A DNA stretch of 64,000 bases from Salinispira sp. GTDB taxonomy: Bacteria; Spirochaetota; Spirochaetia; DSM-27196; Salinispiraceae. Location: positions 2,336,001 through 2,400,000 of the forward strand of contig OZ271918.1 in NCBI GenBank assembly GCA_965602015.1, written 5' to 3'. The notes under the pieces are model-generated. The model was not told where the DNA came from and searched no databases. It worked only from the letters and a program-made list of their open reading frames with translations. This document shows positions 35,743 to 45,456 of the stretch, in pieces. The translations under genes and the position numbers were made by a program. The first letter of the stretch is position 1. Each line of letters opens with the position of its first letter.

Positions 35743-37653
35743 CTATTCACCGGCAGCCCCCCTGAAGGGATCATGCTGATGAGGGGGGAACCGACAAATG
35801 GTGAAGTTTTGGAAATCATCCACCAGCGGATTAAACCCCGCGTTGCTATGTGTGGAGCGCGTGGCAATGCCTTGGAAAATCCCTACGGTCTGCCGGGAAA
35901 AGGCCGATGAAATGGCCTCCCAATCGTTGTGATCGGTCAACACGGGGTTGCCGGAGTCGTGATCATCTGTGGGGTTGAGGTCCATGGCCAGGGCAGAGTC
36001 GACGATGCCGTTGCCGTTGAAATCTACCCATACGCTTCCGGTCCTGCCGAGGCCATTTGACTCATCAATTGAGCCTTCGTGAATATCCGCAGAGCTGCCG
36101 TCGGAAAAATCAATTGCGTAATCCGTGCTGTACACCGACCGCGTCAAATCCCTTGTGTAAAAGGCCCCACCGTAATACAGAGTGGCATAGGGGTTTGATT
36201 GCTCATAGTTGAAAACCCGGGAATGCTGGTAGTAGTAATAGCGATCTCCCTCATAATCATCGCCGATCAGGGGCATGCCTGAGTACATGTAGTTCATGAT
36301 GCTAATGTAATTGGGCTTGTAGTTTTCACTTTCATCTCCGCCATGGCCCAGGCCCAGGTTGTGGCCCAGCTCATGCATTATGACATCCGCCTGCCGGTTT
36401 ACCGTGTAGAGCCTCCATTCCTCCGATTCGAATGGATCGATATGCGACGGGGGTATAACCAGGAAGTCGTTGCCGGGCCTCTCTCCCAGTCCGCCGAAGT
36501 ACGGCGAATCGTTCCCCATGACCATAAAATGGAATATCTGACGCTTGTTCACCGGCAGGAAGTCCGCTTTGAGCTGAAAAAAATCCACGTCTCCGTCGTA
36601 GTGAATGCTCCACCCGATGGTTTGGGACCAGGGAAGGGCGTGGCTTTTTCCGTCGAGATTATAGCGCTCGATATCCGGGTGCACCAGTTGGGAGTAGGCC
36701 GAGGTGTCGCCCACATCGAAATGCACCGCAAAATTTCTCCCGTCCGCCGTCTGGTTCGCGAAGGCCTGCTGCACCTTTTCAAGGGCTTCGGGACGGGGAA
36801 AAAGCCCGGGAAAATCCGAGGGCGTGTCTCCCACCATGTAGCTTACATGGACAAAGATGTCCATCACGCCCTGGCGGGCCCCCCAATCGTGGAGGGGCAT
36901 GCCGAGGTATGTTGTGCCCGGCAGTTCATTGGCATCGGGAATTCCGTCGCCGTCGGCATCAGTCTGTGAAAAGACGTCGTTGGCTCCCCCGGGAGTTGCC
37001 CATTCGCTGTAACACCAGTCGGACTGGCGGTTGCTGTCGGTCATATCCGCAACCCGCGCCATGGAAAACCCGCTGTACGGTTCCCCTGGGTAGGATTCAT
37101 ATATCAGACCGTCTCCATTCCAGTGAGCGCTGCTGACAGCGGCGATTTCATTCTCCCCGAATTTAACCAGATCAATAATCTCCCCGCGGTGACTGAGTTC
37201 GAGGAATCCGCTGCTGATCCAGTAAAAAGACGGGGCAAGATTATTGGGGGTAAAAATATTCTCATCACCGGGATAATCCTGGCTGTGCACCCGGTTTCGG
37301 ACCACCACATATTCGCCGGGATGGACAATCCGCGAAGTAAAACCGCCGAAATCCACCGGATTGCTTGCACCCATGCTGCTCTGGTCGTAGACCCGAATGC
37401 TGATATCCGCTAAATTCACCGGGCTCTGGCCGGAGTTATACAACTCGATCCACGTCGCCGGAACCATTTTGCCGTCCACATTATACCGCGTGTTATCAGC
37501 GCTAAACTCACTGATTAACAGACCATTGCCGAATTCCTCCGGTGGTTGATTATTGAGGGGATTGCAGGAGGACAGGCCGATAAAAAGCCACAGAGTCAGA
37601 AGGGCGAAAAACAGTACACTGGGTTTTCCGGGATTAACAGTACGCGTGCTCAT
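35743..37653 (-). CDS. Lipoprotein: lamin-tail-like domain plus metzincin zinc metallopeptidase
   Basis: Lipobox LSS-C; LLISEF...WIELYN.G...VNL (LTD-like); DADGDGIPD; HELGHNLGLGH; Met-turn SIMNY. Start at MSTRT (37653) follows a TACAAT box. Confidence 0.82.
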   Translation of the reverse strand: MSTRTVNPGKPSVLFFALLTLWLFIGLSSCNPLNNQPPEEFGNGLLISEFSADNTRYNVDGKMVPATWIELYNSGQSPVNLADISIRVYDQSSMGASNPVDFGGFTSRIVHPGEYVVVRNRVHSQDYPGDENIFTPNNLAPSFYWISSGFLELSHRGEIIDLVKFGENEIAAVSSAHWNGDGLIYESYPGEPYSGFSMARVADMTDSNRQSDWCYSEWATPGGANDVFSQTDADGDGIPDANELPGTTYLGMPLHDWGARQGVMDIFVHVSYMVGDTPSDFPGLFPRPEALEKVQQAFANQTADGRNFAVHFDVGDTSAYSQLVHPDIERYNLDGKSHALPWSQTIGWSIHYDGDVDFFQLKADFLPVNKRQIFHFMVMGNDSPYFGGLGERPGNDFLVIPPSHIDPFESEEWRLYTVNRQADVIMHELGHNLGLGHGGDESENYKPNYISIMNYMYSGMPLIGDDYEGDRYYYYQHSRVFNYEQSNPYATLYYGGAFYTRDLTRSVYSTDYAIDFSDGSSADIHEGSIDESNGLGRTGSVWVDFNGNGIVDSALAMDLNPTDDHDSGNPVLTDHNDWEAISSAFSRQTVGIFQGIATRSTHSNAGFNPLVDDFQNFTICRFPPHQHDPFRGAAGE

Positions 37654-37743
37654 ATGGTGCATTGTAGCCGTAAACCGTCGATAAAACCAGATTGAATCAG
37701 CTACCGGTTGAGCGCATTGTACCCCTAGCTTGAGTCATATAGT

Positions 37744-40224
37744 TCAGTCGGAAAACAGAACCCTCTCAAGCTCATCGAGAAGGCGGTCAGAGTGTTCGGT
37801 CATCATTCGTGCGGGAGGCAGGGACTCGATAAAATTTCGGCCGTAGCCTTTGGTAATAATTCTCTTGTCGGTAATAAACACCACGCCCCGGTCGCTTGTC
37901 CGCCGCATGAGGCGCCCAAAACCCTGCTTTAGCTTCATGACCGCGTCCGGCAGGCTCAGCTCGAAGAACGGCGCCCCGCCCCGCTGTTCTATAGCTTCGG
38001 TGCGGGCGAGCAGCACCGGCTCGGTGGGAACCCGGAAGGGCAGCCGGCAAATTATCAGCAACTGAAGGGCATCTCCCGGAGCATCCACCCCCTCCCAGAA
38101 ACTGTGGGTGGCAAAAAGCACCGAGCTGGTTTCAGCGGTGAAACGGCCCATGAGACGAGCCCGGTCGTCATCGCCCTGCTTCAGGCAGCTGATGCCACTC
38201 TCAACCAGGTAGGGCTTGCAGTAGCCGTAGATGTCGTTGAGCATTGCATAGCTGGTGAAGAGCACCAGGGCATGGCCCCCGGATCTGTCGATCGCCCGGG
38301 TTATAAAGCCCTTGAGCCATTCGCTGTAGCGCTGGCCCTCGGAGGGGTCAGGAGCGTCGGAGGGCACTCCCAGCAGCACACGGTTGGGGTAGTCGAAGGG
38401 GCTGTCGAGACTGCGAAAGATCATCCGCTCGCTCTCGGGCAGACCGATCCTTCGCTGCCAGAAGCGTATGGATTTGCTCACCGACAGGGTGGCTGAAGTC
38501 ATGACGATTGTGGGATATGGCTCGAACAGGGCTTCCTGAAGCAGGTTTCCGATTTCAATCGGGGTCGCGGTAAAGTGGACGTAGCGGTCGCCGGCATTGG
38601 TCCTGCGCCGGTCCAGCCAGTACACCAGGTCCGGCCGGGTGTGGTATTCGCGAAAATCGCTGCATATCGCCGAGATGGTTTCAAGTCGTCGGATAAGAAT
38701 CCGCAGTTCATTTACCCGCGGGTCTTCGAGCTCGCCCTCTTCGAGTTTTTTGTACTCTCCGGCGAGGAATTCGAGGGTATCCAGAACGGTTTGTTGGAAA
38801 GCCGTCAACACTGGGAAGAGCTGGGATTCGAAGGGGTCGGCGTTGACGCTTTCCTGCCGCTGGGCAGGCAGGCTATTGGGATCGGGCCGCAAGCGGATAG
38901 ATGGGCTGGTCCCCTCGAAAAACGGCAGTAGCGCGTTGTCCAGTTCCTGTACGCCGTTGCGCATGCCCTGAAGCAGGCCTTCAAGGCCTTCGAATTCGAC
39001 GCCCGACAGGCTGCGCAGCGCCGGAACCACACCGGCGCTCTTGCCCTTCCGGTTTCTCAGTAGCATATTGGCGTACTTGTGAACCTGAAAGCGGTTAAAT
39101 TCGACGCTGAAATAGCTGGTGGCCGACTGCTCTATATTGTGGGCCTCATCGATTATGAGGCGTTGAAAAGCCGGCAGAATCACCGTAGCGTCGGGACCAA
39201 AGCCCTCTTTGCGGATAGCCAGGTCGGCGAACAGCAAATGATGATTGGTTATAATAATGTGCGCCGCCGCGGCTTCCTTGCGCGCCTTTTGGAGGAAGCA
39301 GCTGCTTCGCAGACGGCAGCGCATTTCGGAGCACGCATCCTTGTCGCTGTTCACCCTTGACCACAGGGCCTCATCGGGGGAAAACGGCAAATCGCTGCGG
39401 TCTCCGCTGTCGGTTACCTCGGCCCAGCGCCGGATTTCATCGAGCTGCTCCTCCCCGAAAAGCCCCTCTTCCTCCAGAAGCTCGTTAAGACGGTTGCGGC
39501 ATAAATACTGATTGCGGCCCTTGGCTAAAACGATCCGGATGTCCTTCTCGCCTTTGCCGGCAAACAGCCGGCGGACCGTCGGGATGTCTTTTCCGATTAT
39601 CTGCTGTTGAAGATTGATGGTTGCGGTTGAGACCACCACCCGTTCCTGGTTGCGCAGCACCCAGGAAAACGCGGGGATCAGGTAGGCCAGGCTTTTTCCG
39701 ACGCCGGTGCCGGCCTCGCACACGGCGATGCGGTCTTCGTTGAATGCGGCGACCACCGACTCGAGCATTTCCAGCTGGGGGTCACGGGGTTCGTACCCCG
39801 GTTTTATTTTCGACAATGCTCCGCCGGGCAGCAGCATATCGGCCAGTTCGCTTACGTCAAGTTCATTCCGTTCGCCGGGTATGTAGGCCTCGGTAATGAT
39901 AAATAGATCGTCTACCTCGTTATTGATAATCCAGCTACCGATGCCCTGCTGCCCGAGCTGGGCGGCCACATTGAGGTCCGCATTGCTGGGCCGCAACAGG
40001 CCCCCCGGATGGTTGTGGACTATCACCTCGCCCTGACTCATATGAGGATAGGGCGCAGGAACCATGTGCTCGTTTCCCCGGGCTACCGGTCGGGCGCTGG
40101 CAAGGCATCCGTCCTCAGCGAGGGTACAGACGAAGAGAACCTCTCCGCCCCCGGCTTCTTCGATGGCGCTGCGCATGAGATTTTGGATATGTACGGGTAT
40201 TCGTCCCTCTATGCCAGCCACCAC
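37744..40224 (-). CDS. dinG: DinG/YoaA family Fe-S helicase with N-terminal JAB/MPN-like domain
   Basis: YEPR.PQ, EAGTGVGKS, KGR.QYLC, C..C..C cluster, IIDEAH, SATL, LFTSY, FWEGVD, QGFGRL.R; N-terminal HNHP.G...PS.AD. Confidence 0.9.
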   Translation of the reverse strand: MVAGIEGRIPVHIQNLMRSAIEEAGGGEVLFVCTLAEDGCLASARPVARGNEHMVPAPYPHMSQGEVIVHNHPGGLLRPSNADLNVAAQLGQQGIGSWIINNEVDDLFIITEAYIPGERNELDVSELADMLLPGGALSKIKPGYEPRDPQLEMLESVVAAFNEDRIAVCEAGTGVGKSLAYLIPAFSWVLRNQERVVVSTATINLQQQIIGKDIPTVRRLFAGKGEKDIRIVLAKGRNQYLCRNRLNELLEEEGLFGEEQLDEIRRWAEVTDSGDRSDLPFSPDEALWSRVNSDKDACSEMRCRLRSSCFLQKARKEAAAAHIIITNHHLLFADLAIRKEGFGPDATVILPAFQRLIIDEAHNIEQSATSYFSVEFNRFQVHKYANMLLRNRKGKSAGVVPALRSLSGVEFEGLEGLLQGMRNGVQELDNALLPFFEGTSPSIRLRPDPNSLPAQRQESVNADPFESQLFPVLTAFQQTVLDTLEFLAGEYKKLEEGELEDPRVNELRILIRRLETISAICSDFREYHTRPDLVYWLDRRRTNAGDRYVHFTATPIEIGNLLQEALFEPYPTIVMTSATLSVSKSIRFWQRRIGLPESERMIFRSLDSPFDYPNRVLLGVPSDAPDPSEGQRYSEWLKGFITRAIDRSGGHALVLFTSYAMLNDIYGYCKPYLVESGISCLKQGDDDRARLMGRFTAETSSVLFATHSFWEGVDAPGDALQLLIICRLPFRVPTEPVLLARTEAIEQRGGAPFFELSLPDAVMKLKQGFGRLMRRTSDRGVVFITDKRIITKGYGRNFIESLPPARMMTEHSDRLLDELERVLFSD

Positions 40225-41024
40225 TCCACCAGACGGGATACCAGGGATTTCATGCGTTCCGCAGCCAGTCGGCCGATTTCGACCACCTCGGCGTGGTCCA
40301 GAGTCTCATGGCCGAGTCCTGCGGCGAAGTTGGTAATAAGACTCAGACCGCCGACCTTCATACCCAGGTAGCGCGCGAATATAGCCTCGGGAACCGTGGA
40401 CATTCCCACGGCATCGGCGCCCATGGTCCCGAAGGCCCTGATTTCCGCCGGAGTTTCATAACTCGGACCGGTGGTCGCCAGGTAGACCCCTTCTACAAGA
40501 TCGGGATCCAGTTTTCTGGCCTGGGACCCAAAGTCCTGATCATACACCCGGCTCATATCAGGAAAGCGGGCGCCCAAAGCCTTTCCGCCAAATTCCGGAT
40601 TGGCTCCCATGAGGGGATTGAATCCGAGCATATTGATGTGATCGCTGATTACCATGATGTCTCCGGGAGAAAAATTGCGGTTGATTCCTCCGGCGGCGTT
40701 GGTGACGATGAGTTTTTCGCAGCCCAGGCCCCGAAGCAGGGCAACGGTACTCACGACGCTCTGAGGACTGTGTCCCTCGTAGTAATGAAAACGGCCTGAA
40801 CAGATGGCCAGATCATCATTTATATAGAGTTCACCCTTATGCCCTTCTACCGTCGGTTTGGGAAGCACGGGAATATCTCCATAAGGGATCCGGGTACAGG
40901 AATATGATTCCGATAGGCTCGATAGCCCGGAACCAAGTATCATACCGAGGCGGGGATGTTTGCCGCGTGTTTTGACAATATCAGATGCGGCGCCGAATAC
41001 TTCGCGAATAAATGTGCTTTCCAT
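40209..41024 (-). CDS. punA: Purine-nucleoside phosphorylase (trimeric type)
   Basis: ILGSGL, VEGH.G, GRFHYYEG, TNAAGGIN, GPSYETPAE, GADAVGMSTVPE; SD GGAGG before ATG 41024. Confidence 0.94.
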   Translation of the reverse strand: MESTFIREVFGAASDIVKTRGKHPRLGMILGSGLSSLSESYSCTRIPYGDIPVLPKPTVEGHKGELYINDDLAICSGRFHYYEGHSPQSVVSTVALLRGLGCEKLIVTNAAGGINRNFSPGDIMVISDHINMLGFNPLMGANPEFGGKALGARFPDMSRVYDQDFGSQARKLDPDLVEGVYLATTGPSYETPAEIRAFGTMGADAVGMSTVPEAIFARYLGMKVGGLSLITNFAAGLGHETLDHAEVVEIGRLAAERMKSLVSRLVEWWLA

Positions 41025-41203
41025 GTGACCTCCTGACCTTCCCGATCTTCTGCACATGGCAGATAAGGGAAGATGCCATTATAGCGGGAAATGCCGGGCC
41101 TCACAATTTGAACCTTCGCCTTCCTTGACTTTTGAATATCTCATGTATAAAGTTACGAAATTATCCGGAAAACTGCATATTCCCTTAATTTCGCGGAGGA
41201 ATC

Positions 41204-42241
41204 ATGAACAGCATACCTGTTGCCATTCTCGGGGCTACCGGCACCGTCGGTCAAAAATTCATCAGCCTTTTGCAGGGCCATCCTCAATTTACCATCAGCG
41301 AACTGGTGGCCTCGCCCAGGTCGGCGGGCAAGCCCTACCGGGAGGCTGCTGCGTGGAAGCAGGACATCCCCATTCCCGCATATGTGGCGGACATGACGGT
41401 GAAGTCCCTGGACGAGAGTCTGGAGAGTGCAATTCTGTTTTCCGGCCTGGACAGTTCTGTTGCCGGCGAAGCGGAAACCCGCTTTGCCGAAGCGGGTCAC
41501 ATGGTTATTTCGAACTCGAAAAACCACCGCATGGATGCCGATGTCCCCCTCATCATCCCGGAAATAAATCCGGAGCATTTCGAACTGATCCGGCATCAGA
41601 GCCATAAGGGAGCCATTGTTACCAACTCGAACTGCTCCACCATGTTTCTGGCCATGACCCTCGCCCCGATTCACAAAGCCTTCGGAGTCGAAGCAGTACA
41701 GGTAAGCACCATGCAAGCCATCAGCGGCGCGGGGTATCCCGGGGTTCCCTCAATGGATATTCTCGGGAACGTGGTGCCCCACATCGGCGGGGAAGAAGAC
41801 AAACTGGAAACCGAACCGCAGAAAATCCTGGGCGCACTGTCCGGGAATCGAATCGAACACGCAAATTTCACCGTATCGGCCCAGTGCAACCGGGTACCGG
41901 TATTCGACGGTCACACCGAAAACCTGTCAATCAAGCTGGCGAAACCGGCGAGCGTCGATGAAATCAAAAAAGTTCTCCGGGAATTCCGGGGCATGCCCCA
42001 GGAGAGAGGGCTGCATTCGGCCCCCAAACAGCCTATCATTGTTACTGAGGCGGAGGACCGTCCCCAGCCGGCCAGGGATATATGGCTCGAAGGGGGAATG
42101 AGCACAGTCGTGGGCAGAATACGCCCCTGCCCGGTGATGGATATAAAAATGACCATCCTCGGGCATAACACCGTTCGGGGCGCCGCCGGCGCGGCGATAT
42201 TAAATGCCGAAGCCCTGGTGGCCCTGGGATACCTGAACTGA
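41204..42241 (+). CDS. asd: Aspartate-semialdehyde dehydrogenase
   Basis: [41 protein letters not shown]. Confidence 0.95.
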   Translation: MNSIPVAILGATGTVGQKFISLLQGHPQFTISELVASPRSAGKPYREAAAWKQDIPIPAYVADMTVKSLDESLESAILFSGLDSSVAGEAETRFAEAGHMVISNSKNHRMDADVPLIIPEINPEHFELIRHQSHKGAIVTNSNCSTMFLAMTLAPIHKAFGVEAVQVSTMQAISGAGYPGVPSMDILGNVVPHIGGEEDKLETEPQKILGALSGNRIEHANFTVSAQCNRVPVFDGHTENLSIKLAKPASVDEIKKVLREFRGMPQERGLHSAPKQPIIVTEAEDRPQPARDIWLEGGMSTVVGRIRPCPVMDIKMTILGHNTVRGAAGAAILNAEALVALGYLN

Positions 42242-42251
42242 AGGAAAGGCT

Positions 42252-43595
42252 TTGATCGTACAGAAATTCGGCGGGACAAGCGTCGGCTCTTCAAAACTCA
42301 TTGATCAGGTTTTGGACATCGCAAACTCGGAATTACACCGGGGGCTGGTTCTGGTGGCGTCCGCCATGGGCAAGACCACCGACGGCCTGGTCCGGATGGG
42401 TACCTTGGCTGCAGAAGGAAAGGCCGATCCCGCCAGGGAGGAGCTGCGGAACCTGCAAAACAGTCATTACGGAACCCTGGTCGACCTGGTGGAAGTCCCG
42501 CTATACGAGGAAGCCAAGAAGGCCGTCGACAAGCTATTCGGCGAGCTGGAAAGCCTTCTTACCGGCCTGATTCTCATACAGGAAGTCAGTCCTCGGTCTC
42601 TGGATACCCTTCTCAGCTTCGGGGAGCGGCTCAGTACCACGCTTATTTACTACCGGGCCCGTCAACGGGGCATGCGCTCGGTGCTTCTGGACAGCCGCAC
42701 CCTCATCAGGACCGACAGTAATTACAACCGGGCGGCCATCGACCTGTCCGTCACCAATGAGCAAATCAAAAAACACGTCGGGGGTGAGCCCAATACCCTC
42801 TATGTTGCCCAGGGTTTTATCGCATCCGATGCGCAAAACGTCACTACTACCCTGGGACGGGGCGGCTCGGACTACAGCGCGACCATCATCGGCGCCGCCG
42901 TTGATGCCGAAGAAGTCCAAATCTGGACCGATGTGACCGGCATCATGACCAGCGATCCGCGGCTGATAGAAAATGCCCGGACCATCTCCGAACTCAGCTA
43001 TGCCGAAGCCGCCGAGCTCAGCTACTTCGGCGCCAAAGTTATCCATCCCTCAACCATTCAGCCGGCGGTAGAAAAACACATACCCGTGTGGGTAAAAAAC
43101 ACCACTAAACCCGGGGAAGCCGGCAGCCGTATTCACGCCGACGGAAAGAGCCGGGGAATACAGGCGATCGCCGGGAAAAAAGGTGTAACCCTGGTCAACG
43201 TCCACTCCTCCCGAATGCTCAACGCCTACGGTTTTCTCAAGCGTATTTTCGAAGTGTTTGAAAAATACCGGGTTTCCGTCGATCTCATCGCCACCAGCGA
43301 AGTTTCGGTTTCCCTGACCATCGAAGATGCCCGCAACATCGCGGCGGTCACCGCCGAACTGGAGGCATTCTCTACGGTCACCGTGGAAACCGACAAAGCC
43401 ATAATCAGCCTGGTCGGCCAGGACCTGTGGAAACAAAGCCGCTTTACCGCCCGGGTATTCAGCGCAATGGCCGATATCCCCGTGCGAATGATCAGCCTGG
43501 GAAGCAGCGATATCAATCTTTCACTGGTTGTGCCGGAAGACCTGGTTGACAGCGCAATACAATCGCTTCATTCCGCACTCTTCGACGACCAATGA
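42252..43595 (+). CDS. lysC: Aspartate kinase
   Basis: VQKFGGTSV, SFGERLS, TTLGRGGSDYSA, WTDV.G, FGAKVIHP, two C-terminal ACT domains. Confidence 0.94.
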   Translation: MIVQKFGGTSVGSSKLIDQVLDIANSELHRGLVLVASAMGKTTDGLVRMGTLAAEGKADPAREELRNLQNSHYGTLVDLVEVPLYEEAKKAVDKLFGELESLLTGLILIQEVSPRSLDTLLSFGERLSTTLIYYRARQRGMRSVLLDSRTLIRTDSNYNRAAIDLSVTNEQIKKHVGGEPNTLYVAQGFIASDAQNVTTTLGRGGSDYSATIIGAAVDAEEVQIWTDVTGIMTSDPRLIENARTISELSYAEAAELSYFGAKVIHPSTIQPAVEKHIPVWVKNTTKPGEAGSRIHADGKSRGIQAIAGKKGVTLVNVHSSRMLNAYGFLKRIFEVFEKYRVSVDLIATSEVSVSLTIEDARNIAAVTAELEAFSTVTVETDKAIISLVGQDLWKQSRFTARVFSAMADIPVRMISLGSSDINLSLVVPEDLVDSAIQSLHSALFDDQ

Positions 43596-43636
43596 CCCGT
43601 ATTGACCAATGAGCCGTCGGCGGAAATAATGGAAGC

Positions 43637-44032
43637 ATGAGCGACATATTCAACCGCCTGGGTCGTCTCGCCCGGTCTGTAATCAACGATTTTAATTCAG
43701 ACGTTGACGGGGATTACAAGGACGCCTGGGCTGAACTCGATGACTTTCTCGGCACCGAAGCCCACGACTTCAACGCCCAACAGAGCAATCGTCAGCACGG
43801 CAGGGCGGCCGGAAACTCCGGCAAGGCAAACCTTTCCAGGGACTACGCCAACCTGGAGCTCACACCCGCCGCCCCAACCGCCGACATAAAGCGCCAGTAC
43901 AAAAAGCTTCTGGTCAAGTACCATCCCGACAAGTTTGCCGATAACGTTGAAAAGCAAAAAATTGCCACCGAGCTGAGCACACGCCTCAATGAATCCTACG
44001 ATAGAATTATGGAAAGCCGCGGGGAGAAATAG
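43637..44032 (+). CDS. Small protein with C-terminal J domain
   Basis: YANLEL......IKRQYKKL..KYHPDK...RLNESYD. Confidence 0.88.
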   Translation: MSDIFNRLGRLARSVINDFNSDVDGDYKDAWAELDDFLGTEAHDFNAQQSNRQHGRAAGNSGKANLSRDYANLELTPAAPTADIKRQYKKLLVKYHPDKFADNVEKQKIATELSTRLNESYDRIMESRGEK

Positions 44033-44092
44033 AGCCGCGGAGAGAAATAGAGCCGCGGAGAGAAATAAAGCCGCGGAGAGAAATTAAGCCGC
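44015..44092 (+). repeat. 18-bp tandem repeat (4.3 copies) spanning the J-domain gene stop codon
   Basis: AGCCGCGGGGAGAAATAG AGCCGCGGAGAGAAATAG AGCCGCGGAGAGAAATAA AGCCGCGGAGAGAAATTA AGCCGC. Confidence 0.93.
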
Positions 44093-44106
44093 ATGGACGA
44101 AGTGCC

Positions 44107-45456
44107 CTAGTCCTGGAGACCGTACTCGTTTATTTTGCGGTGCAGGGTCTTTCGGCCGATGCCCAGTACTTCGGCGCTTTTGCTCTTGTTTCCCCGCTCG
44201 GACAACAGGGTTTCTTTGATAATCTGCCGCTCCGCCTCCTGAAGGGAAGCGCCGAGGCGGACCCGGATGTATTCGCCGTCGCTGGCCCCGCCGATGTGGG
44301 GAGGCAGGTCATCGGCGGTAATAAAATCGCCCCTGCTCATCACCACCGCAGACTCCATTGTGTTCCTCAGCTCCCGCACATTCCCGGGCCAGTCGTAGTT
44401 GTACAACGCGGCCTTCGCCTTGTTGTCCACCCCGAGAATCTGGCGGTTGTTTTCTTCGGCGAACTCTTTGAGGAAATGACTGATCAGCATCGGGACATCG
44501 TCCTTCCGTTCTCTCAACGGCGGAACGTGAATGTTTACCACATTCAGCCGATAATAGAGATCCTCCCGGAAATTTCCCTCCTCGATCTCCTGCTTCAGAT
44601 CCCGGTTGGTGGCGGCGATGATTCGGGCGTCCACGTCTACCGTCGATTCTCCCCCCACCCGCTCGAAACGCTTTTCCTGGAGTACCCGGAGGATTTTTAT
44701 TTGAACGGACTGGTTGATTTCCCCGATTTCATCGAGGAATATGCTGCCCAAATGAGCGAGCTCGAAACGTCCCCGTTTACGGTTCAGCGCGCCGGTAAAC
44801 GCGCCTTTTTCATGGCCGAAGAGTTCGCTTTCCAAAAGGCTTTCGGAGAGGGCGGCACAATGCACCTTGATGAAGGACTTTTCCCTCCTGGTGCTCATAT
44901 TATGAATGGCGTCGGCGACCAGTTCCTTGCCAACCCCGCTCTCGCCGGTTATGAGCACGGAGGCCTTGGTCGGGGCGACCTGGCTGATAAGCTCCATTAT
45001 TTTCCGCATTTGCGGACTTTTTCCGATGATTATATTGCTCTGACGGCGCTGCTCGAGCTCTTCCTGGAGAGCCCGATGCTGGAGGATGAGCTCCCGGCTG
45101 GCCAGGGCCCGCTTGACCAGCATGGAAAGCCGGTCGAGATTAACCGGCTTGGTGAGGAAATCAAAGGCGCCGTTTCTCATGGCCTGGACTGCTGTTTCGA
45201 TTGTTCCGTGGCCCGTCAGGATTATCACCGAAACGCTGGGCCAGTCGCTGACGATTCGGCGCAACAGATCGTCTCCGCCCATGCGGGGCATTTTGAGATC
45301 GCTGATCACCAGGTCGATTTCATCGCTTTCCATTATTTCGATAGCCGAAAGCCCGTCCTCGGCGAGCACGGTTTCATACCCGTCCAGCTCCAGACTTTTC
45401 GCCAGGCCTTCGCGGATATTTTTCTCGTCGTCCACTACGAGTATCCGAAATTTCAT
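44107..45456 (-). CDS. rrp2: Sigma54-dependent response regulator (NtrC family; Rrp2-like)
   Basis: REC (VVDDE, SDLKMP), AAA+ with GESGVGKE, ESELFGHEKGAFTGA, FREDLYYRLNV, WPGNVREL, Fis-type HTH. Symbol assigned by recalled synteny. Confidence 0.9.
   Translation of the reverse strand: MKFRILVVDDEKNIREGLAKSLELDGYETVLAEDGLSAIEIMESDEIDLVISDLKMPRMGGDDLLRRIVSDWPSVSVIILTGHGTIETAVQAMRNGAFDFLTKPVNLDRLSMLVKRALASRELILQHRALQEELEQRRQSNIIIGKSPQMRKIMELISQVAPTKASVLITGESGVGKELVADAIHNMSTRREKSFIKVHCAALSESLLESELFGHEKGAFTGALNRKRGRFELAHLGSIFLDEIGEINQSVQIKILRVLQEKRFERVGGESTVDVDARIIAATNRDLKQEIEEGNFREDLYYRLNVVNIHVPPLRERKDDVPMLISHFLKEFAEENNRQILGVDNKAKAALYNYDWPGNVRELRNTMESAVVMSRGDFITADDLPPHIGGASDGEYIRVRLGASLQEAERQIIKETLLSERGNKSKSAEVLGIGRKTLHRKINEYGLQD

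Noticed and set aside
37744..40224. DinG as part of a type IV CRISPR or other defence system
   Set aside because: Neighbours are housekeeping genes (PNP, asd); no cas, E1/E2 or ubiquitin-like genes are nearby.
41025..41203. Lysine riboswitch or T-box before asd-lysC
   Set aside because: The 179-bp gap is shared by divergent promoters, with a TTGACT box about 80 nt from the asd start; there is no room or motif for such a leader.
43587..43612. GACCAATGA direct repeat after lysC
   Set aside because: Only 9 bp in two copies, one being the lysC stop region and the other the -35 of the next gene; could be chance.
44015..44092. Possible CRISPR array
   Set aside because: The 18-bp units are contiguous with no spacers and there are no cas genes; it is a tandem repeat.
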